The position numbers were made by a program, and so were the translations under genes. Below the pieces are notes generated by a model. It was given only the letters and a program-made list of their open reading frames with translations, searched no databases and had not been told where the DNA came from. Of a stretch of DNA of 23,165 nt, positions 15,822 to 23,165 are shown in pieces (the first letter of the stretch is position 1; each line of letters starts with the position of its first letter). Source of the DNA: Verrucomicrobiales bacterium (GTDB lineage Bacteria > Verrucomicrobiota > Verrucomicrobiia > Verrucomicrobiales > SLCJ01). The DNA lies in NCBI GenBank assembly GCA_046075565.1, contig JBJTQJ010000071.1, positions 1-23,165 of the forward strand. The letters are read 5' to 3'.

Positions 15822-16577
15822 ATGAACCGAAAGTCCCGCCTTCCCCTGGCCGCCCTTCTGGGTTTGGCGACCGCTTCCGTGCTGGGAGCCACGGATGGAG
15901 GGGACGTGAAGACGAAGGAAGAGACGGTGAATTTTGATGTTCCGGCGGCGGAGGATGATGGGGGGCTTGGAGGTTCGCTTTATTTGAGCGGCGGTTACGC
16001 TTCCGAGTATGTCTATCGCGGCAAAAGCTTCGGAGATAGCGCGGCGGAGGGGCGGGCCGAATTCGTTTTGCCCATTGCGAAAAGTGCTTCCCTGAGCATT
16101 GGTGGAAAATACGTCGGGACGGATGACTACGAGGAAGCCCAGGGGTTCGCCTCGCTCCAGCAGGGATTCGGGGTCTTCACGGCTGCGCTCGGGTATCGCT
16201 GGTATGGATTGGATGCCGATAATCGCCAGGAAGTGGGCATGCTCATCGCCACCAACGCGCTGGGCATCGACTGGAGTCTCGGTTACTTCCATGATGCCGA
16301 ACTTGCCGGTCACTACGCAGAATTCATGGGCCAACATACCTGGCAGATTTTCGACCACCTTGCCTTGCGATCCGGGGCCGGCATCTCCGCCGCCTCGAAT
16401 TATTGGGAAGGCGGTTCCGGTTTGAACCACGCGTTTTTCCGTCTCGACTTGCCGGTGAATGTCCGGAACTGGTTCACGCTCACGCCATGGGTTGGGGCTT
16501 CCATTCCTCTCGATGCCATCGACGCCACGGAAGATGACTCGGTGGCCGGGGGAGTGAGCCTGCAGGTGTCGTTCTGA
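15822..16577 (+). CDS. Outer-membrane beta-barrel protein, TorF/Gcw_chp-like putative porin
   Basis: Signal peptide; GYASEYVYRGKS resembles the SxYxFRG N-terminal motif of this family; alternating amphipathic strands; C-terminal Phe (VSLQVSF). Confidence 0.75.
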   Translation: MNRKSRLPLAALLGLATASVLGATDGGDVKTKEETVNFDVPAAEDDGGLGGSLYLSGGYASEYVYRGKSFGDSAAEGRAEFVLPIAKSASLSIGGKYVGTDDYEEAQGFASLQQGFGVFTAALGYRWYGLDADNRQEVGMLIATNALGIDWSLGYFHDAELAGHYAEFMGQHTWQIFDHLALRSGAGISAASNYWEGGSGLNHAFFRLDLPVNVRNWFTLTPWVGASIPLDAIDATEDDSVAGGVSLQVSF

Positions 16578-16583
16578 GGATCT

Positions 16584-17903
16584 TCAAATCCTCTCCACGC
16601 GAAGGCAGACGGGCGCCTCGGTGACATACGCCAGCCGGGCAATTTCCAGGTTGGCCGCGAGGATTTCATCGAGCCGGGCTTCGTGTGTGAGGAAAATGAC
16701 TTCCGTGAATTTGCCTTCAGGCATCTCGGAGGGAGGAAGCGAAACCATGGCGGCGATCCCGATGGAACGGGTGGCGAGGATGCCCGCGATCCCGGCGATG
16801 ACACCCGGTTGATCATTCACCGGAATACGGAGGTAAAACTCGGAGACCGTTTCGCCGGAAGGTTTGGTTTTGCCGTAAAGACCGTGGCTAACAAATCCAG
16901 CGTTCCGCGGTTCTCCGCGCAGGGCGTGGGCGGCGTCCACGAGGTCGCTCACCACTGAGCTCGCCGTGGCATCACCACCGGCACCGGGACCGAAGAACAT
17001 GACTTGTCCGACCATGTCTCCTTCGGCCACGATGGCATTGTGCACTCCGCGCACCGAGGCGAGGATGTGCTCCTTCGGCACCAGACTCGGCTGCACGCGT
17101 GTTTCCACCATGCCTTCGTTGTCGGTTTTGATTACGGCCACCAGTTTGATCCCGTATCCGAGTTTGGCCGCGTAAACGATGTCCTGGGCCCCGACTTTTT
17201 CGATGCCTTCGACGCGGATGTCGGCGGCGTTCATCCAATAGCCGTAGCTGAGCGAGGCGAGAATGATCGCCTTGTGGGCCGCGTCCCAGCCGTTGATATC
17301 GAGCGTCGGGGTGGCCTCGGCATATCCCTTTTTCTGTGCTTCCGCGAGTGCACTCCGGAAGTCCAGTCCGGCTTCGGCCATACGGGTCAGGATGTAGTTG
17401 CTGGTTCCGTTGATAATGCCGTGGATGCTCGTGATGTGGTTGCCGACGAGTGATTCACGCACCGCCTTGATCACGGGAATGCCACCGGCCACCGCCGCTT
17501 CGTAAAAGACCGGCACTCCGGTTTTCGCGGCGAGGGCGAAAATCTCCGCGCCGTGTTCGGCCAACAATGCCTTGTTACCCGTGACCACCGGCTTGCCTGC
17601 GGCGAGGGCCGCGCGCACGAGGAGCAATGGCTCATCGATTCCGCCCATGAGTTCCACGATCACGTCAATCGAGGGATCCTCGACCAATTCGCGCCAGTTG
17701 CTGGTCAGCTCCGATTCGGGAACCTCGACACTCCGGCGGCGGGAAAGGTCGCGCACCGCCACCCGTGGCACATCGAACGCAAAGCCAGTCCGTTCCTCGA
17801 GCAAGCGGCGGTTCTGTTTCAAGTGGCGATAGAGCGACGACCCGACCGTTCCCAGTCCGGCCAGACCGATGCGGAAGACCCGCGCTTCGGAGTTTGATTT
17901 CAT
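16584..17903 (-). CDS. hom: Homoserine dehydrogenase with C-terminal ACT domain
   Basis: GLAGLGTVG, VVELMGG, VVTGNKALLA, YEAAVAGGIPVIK, GIINGTSNYILT, GYAEATPTLDINGWDAAHK, GPGAGGDATASSV, ACT domain DQPGVIAGIAGIL. Confidence 0.97.
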   Translation of the reverse strand: MKSNSEARVFRIGLAGLGTVGSSLYRHLKQNRRLLEERTGFAFDVPRVAVRDLSRRRSVEVPESELTSNWRELVEDPSIDVIVELMGGIDEPLLLVRAALAAGKPVVTGNKALLAEHGAEIFALAAKTGVPVFYEAAVAGGIPVIKAVRESLVGNHITSIHGIINGTSNYILTRMAEAGLDFRSALAEAQKKGYAEATPTLDINGWDAAHKAIILASLSYGYWMNAADIRVEGIEKVGAQDIVYAAKLGYGIKLVAVIKTDNEGMVETRVQPSLVPKEHILASVRGVHNAIVAEGDMVGQVMFFGPGAGGDATASSVVSDLVDAAHALRGEPRNAGFVSHGLYGKTKPSGETVSEFYLRIPVNDQPGVIAGIAGILATRSIGIAAMVSLPPSEMPEGKFTEVIFLTHEARLDEILAANLEIARLAYVTEAPVCLRVERI

Positions 17904-17939
17904 CGCCCCAATTTCCGGAATGATGGCCTCTGTGCAAGA

Positions 17940-18542
17940 TCACATTTCCCGGCGGCCAGACAAGGCCCGCAGAAGGGTCAGCGAGTCGGCGTGTTCCAAC
18001 CCACCCCCGGCCGGCAGGCCTTGGGCGAGGCGGGTGATTTTCGCGCCAGTGGTAGACAGGAAGTCGCCCAGGTAGTGGCAGGTGGCCTCACCCTCGACAT
18101 CCGAGCCGAGGGCGAGAATGACCTCCTCCACGCCGCCCTGCACGCGTTCACGCAGGGCTGGTAATCTCAGGTCCTCCGGACCGATATTGTCGAGGGGAGA
18201 CAAACGACCGCCGAGGACATGGTAAAGGCCGTCGAAGGCCCCGGTGCGTTCGATGGGCAGCACGTCCATGGCCCGTTCAACGACACACAGGGCTTTCCGG
18301 TTGCGGTTGGTGCCCGTGCAGAGGGAACACTCACCCTCGCTCATGAAAAACCCACACACCGGGCATGCGGTGATTTTCGAGAGGGCCGAATGCAAGGCCT
18401 CGGCCAGGCCCAGTGCTTCATCGCGGCCGGAGCCGAGCGCCCAGAGCGCGATGCGCTCCGCCCCTCGGGGGCCGATGCCGGGCAGGACTTTCAAGCGCGC
18501 AACCAGAGCCTTGAAGGGGGCGGGGTAGTCGAGGCTGCTCAT
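17940..18542 (-). CDS. recR: Recombination mediator RecR
   Basis: HhH LPGIGPRGAERIA, C4 zinc finger CPVC...CSLC, Toprim domain LCVVE...YHVLGGRLSPLDNIGPEDL, EGEATCHY, TRLAQGLPAGGGLEHAD. Confidence 0.97.
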   Translation of the reverse strand: MSSLDYPAPFKALVARLKVLPGIGPRGAERIALWALGSGRDEALGLAEALHSALSKITACPVCGFFMSEGECSLCTGTNRNRKALCVVERAMDVLPIERTGAFDGLYHVLGGRLSPLDNIGPEDLRLPALRERVQGGVEEVILALGSDVEGEATCHYLGDFLSTTGAKITRLAQGLPAGGGLEHADSLTLLRALSGRREM

Positions 18543-19366
18543 GGCTGGACTGGGGCGGGGGTCTTTTCCCCGATGAGGAAAATGAATGGCTGGCCTTGCG
18601 CGGCGAGTTGGTCGCGGCGTTCGCGCAGCACCGGGTATTTGTCAAAAGCCTGCGCGAGCGGGCCTCCGTCGCCCATCGCGTCGAGGGCGGAGTTGATGCC
18701 ATCCAACAGCGCGGTGTCCTCTTTTCTAACGGCCACCGCCCACGGTTCTTTCTGGAAGGGTTTGGCGATTGCTTTTACCTTGCCCGGATGGCGCGAGGCG
18801 TATTCGAGCACCGACAACTGGTCATAAAGAAAGGCGTCCACATTGCCGTTGAGCACCTCGTTGGCACAGGACTCCGCCAGCTCCTGCGGGATAACTTTCG
18901 CCTTGGTTAGGAATTGTGAGGCATAGGTGTGGCCGGTGGTGCCGGTCCTCACCACCACGGTGCGTCCCGGTTGATCCAATGCTTCGGTGCCTTCGAGATT
19001 GGAGTTCGCGGGCACCAGCAGGCACAGGCCGTTTTCCACGTAGGGTTTGGAGAATGCGATCCGTTTGGCCCGCTCGGGCGAGGCGGTCATGGACGAGATA
19101 ATGGCGTCGATCTTGCCGGTTTTCAGCGCGGGTTCGAGTCCTTGGAAATCCATGGGCACGAATTCGACCCGGCGGCCCAGGTGTCGGCCGATTGCCTCGG
19201 CCAGATCCACGCTCACCCCGGTGAGGTTCCCGGCGCTGTCGCGCATTTCAAAAGGCGGGTAGGTAGGATCCAGTCCGACCCGCAGCACCGAGGCATCGGG
19301 CGCGCGGCGGCAGGCCCCGGTGGCGAGGGCCGCGAGAGCGAGGAGGAGAAACCGGCGATTCCACAT
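18539..19366 (-). CDS. Amino-acid ABC transporter substrate-binding lipoprotein (SBP family 3)
   Basis: Start re-assigned to ATG 19366: MWNRRFLLLALAALATGAC lipobox. LRVGLDPTYPPFE, GVSVDLA, LKTGKIDAIISSMTASPERAKRIAFSKPY. ATGA overlap with recR. Confidence 0.92.
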   Translation of the reverse strand: MWNRRFLLLALAALATGACRRAPDASVLRVGLDPTYPPFEMRDSAGNLTGVSVDLAEAIGRHLGRRVEFVPMDFQGLEPALKTGKIDAIISSMTASPERAKRIAFSKPYVENGLCLLVPANSNLEGTEALDQPGRTVVVRTGTTGHTYASQFLTKAKVIPQELAESCANEVLNGNVDAFLYDQLSVLEYASRHPGKVKAIAKPFQKEPWAVAVRKEDTALLDGINSALDAMGDGGPLAQAFDKYPVLRERRDQLAAQGQPFIFLIGEKTPAPVQP

Positions 19367-19445
19367 GGCAGGACGATACGCGGAAGACCGTGGAATCGCA
19401 TCCGATTTTACTTGTTTATCCGCTGCTTTTACGCATGATTCGCTG

Positions 19446-20138
19446 ATGAATCGCCGCCTCTTCTCGCTCGGTTTGGTTGTTTGTATGGTTTTGCCCGCCT
19501 TTGGCGCGGACAATGACCGGGAGCGAAGGAGAGACGAGGAGAAGAAGGGCGACTGGTGGCGCGTTTACGACATGGTGGAGTTCCCCGCCGACAAGTTTGT
19601 TGATGGGGATAGTTTTCATCTGTTGGTGCCCGTCGGAAGGGCGAACCAAGACTGGAGTATCCGCCTCTATGGTGTTGACTGTGCCGAAACGGACGTGCGC
19701 TTTCCGGAGCGACTTGCCGAACAGGCCAAGGCAATGGGGCTCGCGAATAAAGAGGCGGTCCTGCGCTGGGGAGAAAAAGCCAAAGCGCGCACGGCTGAGC
19801 TGCTGAAAGGCGCGAAGCAAATCTCGCTTCATGTCAAAAGCAAGGGCAAGGAGAAAACCAGAAAGTCCCCCGGCCAGGACGAACGATATTATGGAATCGT
19901 CGAACTGCGTATGCCCAATGGAGAAAGCCAGATGCTCCACACACTCCTTCTAAAGGCAGGGCTGGCTATTCCCGGCGCGATGCCGGCGCCTTGGCCCCCG
20001 GAGAAGGAGCACAAGGATGGCGAGGAAAAGGCCATAAAGGAATTTGAGCGGGACAACGAACGAGCCTCCCTCGATGCGAAAAAAGACAAACACGGCTTTT
20101 GGGGCGAGAAGCCCGGACCCAGCGCGGTCGCCGAGTGA
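19446..20138 (+). CDS. Secreted thermonuclease (SNase) family protein
   Basis: Start re-assigned to ATG 19446 with signal peptide MNRRLFSLGLVVCMVLPAFGA. VDGDSF, IRLYGVDCAET, ERYYG, LLKAGLA and AKKDKHGFWG match SNase motifs, including the catalytic D/R/D/E. Confidence 0.85.
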   Translation: MNRRLFSLGLVVCMVLPAFGADNDRERRRDEEKKGDWWRVYDMVEFPADKFVDGDSFHLLVPVGRANQDWSIRLYGVDCAETDVRFPERLAEQAKAMGLANKEAVLRWGEKAKARTAELLKGAKQISLHVKSKGKEKTRKSPGQDERYYGIVELRMPNGESQMLHTLLLKAGLAIPGAMPAPWPPEKEHKDGEEKAIKEFERDNERASLDAKKDKHGFWGEKPGPSAVAE

Positions 20139-20144
20139 GCGACC

Positions 20145-20459
20145 TCAGCTGAGGAACGAGCACACGTATTGGCAAATCCCGGTGTCCACCGCGATGGAGA
20201 AGCCGGAATTGGCCGCCACGTCGAAGTGTTGGCCCGCCGCGTAGATGCTTTCCTGCTCCGTGCCATCGAGGGTCACACGGCAAGTCCCGTCGGTAATCTC
20301 CATCCGCTCCGCCGCTGCTGTTCCGAAATGGTAGCTACCGGGGTAAATGAGACCGAGCGTCTTCTTGCTCTCATCGGGAAAGAGAATGGTATGCGAGACG
20401 ACCTTGCCATCGAAATAAACATTGGCTTTCGCCACGGCGGTTACAGAAGGGAATTGCAT
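20145..20459 (-). CDS. ppnP: Pyrimidine/purine nucleoside phosphorylase (YaiE/DUF1255)
   Basis: KANVYFDGKVVSHTILFPDESKKTLGLIYPGSYHFGTAAAERMEI...FDVAANSGF...QYVCSF. Confidence 0.93.
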   Translation of the reverse strand: MQFPSVTAVAKANVYFDGKVVSHTILFPDESKKTLGLIYPGSYHFGTAAAERMEITDGTCRVTLDGTEQESIYAAGQHFDVAANSGFSIAVDTGICQYVCSFLS

Positions 20460-20532
20460 GCGGCAAACCTAGCCGGGTAGGGATGGCGCGCCAGCGAAAA
20501 AGAAGCGCACCCACCGGCGAAATGAGAAGACA

Positions 20533-22501
20533 TCAACGACGCACGACGACCAGCCAGTCCTCGCTACCATCGCGGGGAGAATGTCCGACATTGACGACTT
20601 TCCCGGCCTCAATGGACTTCACGGAACCTGCTTCGAGAGGACCTCCAGCGCGCGGATTGAACCAGGAAACAGAGAACGTGCCTGGAACAGCGGTCAGGTC
20701 GAGAGTGGTGGTCCCGCCGGCCGGCAAATAAACGAGGTAAATCTCGCCGTATTTCGCGAAACAGTATTTCGAGTTGTCGTTTTTCGAGTTCCCAATCATT
20801 TCATTGGCGTTGGACATTTCGGCGAAGGGGATTTTCTTCTCCCGGAAGAAATCTAGCGCGATGCGGCAGTAGTCCCAGGATCTATCGCGACTGCGCAAGT
20901 CCTCGCACAGAAGATCATTCTCGGGGAGGGAGTAACCGAAATAATATTCCACGCCGGCCCCTCCGGCCATCAGGTTCCCCCACAGGGTGAGCTTCCGTAT
21001 GTCGTCCAGAGTGTAGGCCTTGGATTTCGAATATCCTTCGGAGGAGGAACCTTTTCCGCCTTTCGTGGCGGCGACTCCATCATGCCCTTGATATCCGGGA
21101 TCGGGCGGAACCCCGAGTCCGGCGGGATTCTGTTCATCGTTGGCAACAACCCATGGTTTGCCTGAGGCGCCGGATTGTCGAATCCAATGGAGTGTGCGCT
21201 GATGCACATTATCCCATGAGTTTTGAAGAGAAAGACCGGTGAGTGGTGACTCCTTGCCCAAGAGGGGTTGATAAACTTTCTCCTGTTCCTGCGGAAAGGT
21301 GTGGAGCACGATGGGATGCCGGTAGGGATCGGTGACACGGATGAATTCCGACATCTCGATGATTTCCCGGCTGCTTTGAGTGTTCTCCTCGCCGATGTTC
21401 CAATTGAGGGCGAGAGCATGCCCGAACCGGGCGATGAGTTCACGGCAGTACAGTTTGCGCTCGATGCCCGATTTTTCCGCTATCGAGTGAAGCCGGCACA
21501 CGACCGGCCTTTCGATTGGGACCGAGGCGCTCATCGTCCATTTCATTCTCCTGAAGTTTGAAATGAAGGTGCAAACCGAGTCGGGTCGCGTGATCGAAGA
21601 CGATGCCCCACTGGTCGAGTTTCGAGCAGTCGTAGTGTAGTTTCGAGTCACGTGCGGCGAATGGCCAGACATTGTCCCCGTCTCCGGAGACGTTGTAGGT
21701 GAGAAACGAGAATGAATTCACCCGCTTCTCCGCGAGGTAGTTCAAAGCACCGATGATGCCTTTGCCTTGACCGTCGCGCCAACTTGGATCTCCGGGGCGC
21801 CAATCACGCGAGTGGGGTTGCCATGTCTTGAGAGGGGCTTTTTTGGGATTGCCCGCGTGAGTGTTGTCGAAGTCCTTGCAAGAGAGGAATGTCTCCGGCG
21901 CGTCGGGACCCGCTTTGAGAAAATACTCCTTGGAACCGGCGAACTGGAGATGGTGTTTGCCGACATACTGGAGTCGCCCCCGGGCGCGGAAGTCGCTTCC
22001 GGTTTTGTCGGATTCGGTGATTGGAAAGCTGCCCTGCAACCCATCGTAGGGGGTGATCGGGTAGCCTCCACCCTCCAAGGCGGCATTCTTTCCCCGGCGG
22101 AAGGAAACGCTGTAATTCCAGCGGCCGGCCTTGTCCGGAGAAAGGTGGGCTCGCCAGACAGTTCCGCTATCTGCGCCGGATTCCGCCGCAGTGCCGTCCG
22201 CCGCGAAATATCCGGGCACCAGATAATCGGGCGAGCCCGATTCGTGCGAGAAGCGGACATTGAAAGCCAAATCCGTAAAGGCATTCGGCGTGCTCTCTTT
22301 CTCACGGGAGAATGGTCCGGCGAGTGAAAGCGTGACCTTGTGCCATCGTTTCAGTTCGCCGGTGATCTTTATCGAGCCATCACCATCCGATGCCATCTCC
22401 GGGGGCGGAGGATTTTCACCGGTTCGATCTTCCGCGGTCGCAAATGCAGGCCAGACGAAGAGAGGAAGGCAGAAGAGCAGGGGAATGGCACGTCGAATCA
22501 T
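20533..22501 (-). pseudogene. Secreted DUF5060-domain putative glycoside hydrolase with C-terminal putative collagen-binding-like domain, split by a +1 frameshift near 21467-21476
   Basis: ORF 21440..22501 has a signal peptide, GELKRWHKVTL...WRAHLSPDKAGRWNY and YDCSKLDQWGIVFDHA. ORF 20533..21672 becomes protein-like from IERKLYCRELIARFGHALALNWNIGEEN and has VVANDEQ, LWGNLMAGGAGVEYYFGY, YLVYLPAGG...WFNPRAGG. Span is 1969 nt = 656 codons + 1; removing one base in GGAAAAATCGGGCATC fuses them into ~655 aa. Confidence 0.8.
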
Positions 22502-22548
22502 CTTGATGACAAGGGTGAATCAGAACGAGGCGTGATTCCGCGGCATCA

Positions 22549-23165
22549 TCACTGCTGTTCCGATCGCCTCAGGATGGCGGTCTGCAGGAAGCCGGCTCGC
22601 GAGCCATCGCTCGAGGTGAAGAAGGAAGCATCGCTGCGCAAAACGATGAAGTGAACCTGCTCGTTCGGGCGCACGCTGAAGAGGTTGTTTTCCTGCATCG
22701 TCCATTCGTTGTTATTCTGGTAGGCCAATTCGTAAACGAATGTCTCGGCCACCGCTGGCGATAACAGGCTTTTTCCCGGGTCCATCTCGGTCGGTTTTCC
22801 CGATGCCGTGCGCATGGCGATCCGGAGTGGACTCAGGTTGTGCACACGCACCGTGCCGCCGGGGTGCCGCGATGGATCATCATCAAACAGCCGCGGGATC
22901 AGGCTGCGCTGGGGTCCGGGCGAGAGAAGGATGGTTACCCTTTTGGAATTGGTGGGCAACATGACGAGGGCTGCCAAACCGGGATTTTTTTCCCGCGCGC
23001 GTGCGAGCGGTTCGGGGATTTCTCCCTTGAGATCGGGCACCCCCGGTTTCGGGGCAATCGGTTCGGGGAGAGCAATGCCATCTTCGCGGGCTCTTTTCCG
23101 TTGCTCTGCCTGCAGTTCGGCGAGATTGGCCTGCACTTCATCGGAGACTTGACCGAAACCAAGGG
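22549..23165 (-). CDS. Hypothetical protein, 5' end beyond the right edge
   Basis: The frame of ORF 22549..23136 stays open to the window end (...LGFGQVSDEVQANLAE...); contains DDDPSRHPGGTVRVHNLSP. No function recognised. Confidence 0.7.
   Translation of the reverse strand, partial: LGFGQVSDEVQANLAELQAEQRKRAREDGIALPEPIAPKPGVPDLKGEIPEPLARAREKNPGLAALVMLPTNSKRVTILLSPGPQRSLIPRLFDDDPSRHPGGTVRVHNLSPLRIAMRTASGKPTEMDPGKSLLSPAVAETFVYELAYQNNNEWTMQENNLFSVRPNEQVHFIVLRSDASFFTSSDGSRAGFLQTAILRRSEQQ

Noticed and set aside
21460..21485. Programmed ribosomal frameshift at GGAAAAAT
   Set aside because: The needed shift is +1, not the -1 that slippery A-runs usually promote. No recognisable stimulator is seen, and the truncated product would end mid-domain.
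1..23165. CRISPR array, tRNA/rRNA, prophage or IS element
   Set aside because: No regularly spaced repeats, tRNA cloverleaf in the intergenic gaps, or integrase, transposase or phage genes seen by eye.

Overview
GC-rich bacterial chromosomal window, most likely from a verrucomicrobium (inferred from protein style, not proven). It holds about 22 tightly packed genes. Housekeeping genes are dapB, pheS-pheT, hom, recR and ppnP. Accessory or secreted genes are a TauE/SafE transporter, a Tat-exported sugar-phosphate isomerase/epimerase, a 1126-aa metzincin protease, a DUF2809 membrane protein, a BtpA/SgcQ protein, an extended secreted cyclophilin, a TorF/Gcw_chp-like beta-barrel, an orphan amino-acid-binding lipoprotein and a secreted SNase-family nuclease. 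There are two toxin-antitoxin-like modules. One is a clear AbrB-PIN (VapBC-type) pair with a palindromic operator directly upstream of pheST. The other is a Pol-beta nucleotidyltransferase overlapped by a 64-aa ORF of unknown family, the best candidate here for an undescribed system. Two large secreted, probably glycan-active genes each carry one lesion: an in-frame TAA at 1195-1197 and a +1 frameshift near 21470. At least six genes have a -10-like hexamer 5-6 nt before the ATG and no Shine-Dalgarno, suggesting frequent leaderless transcripts. I found no tRNA, rRNA, CRISPR array, transposase or integrase. All family assignments come from motif recognition; no database searches were run.
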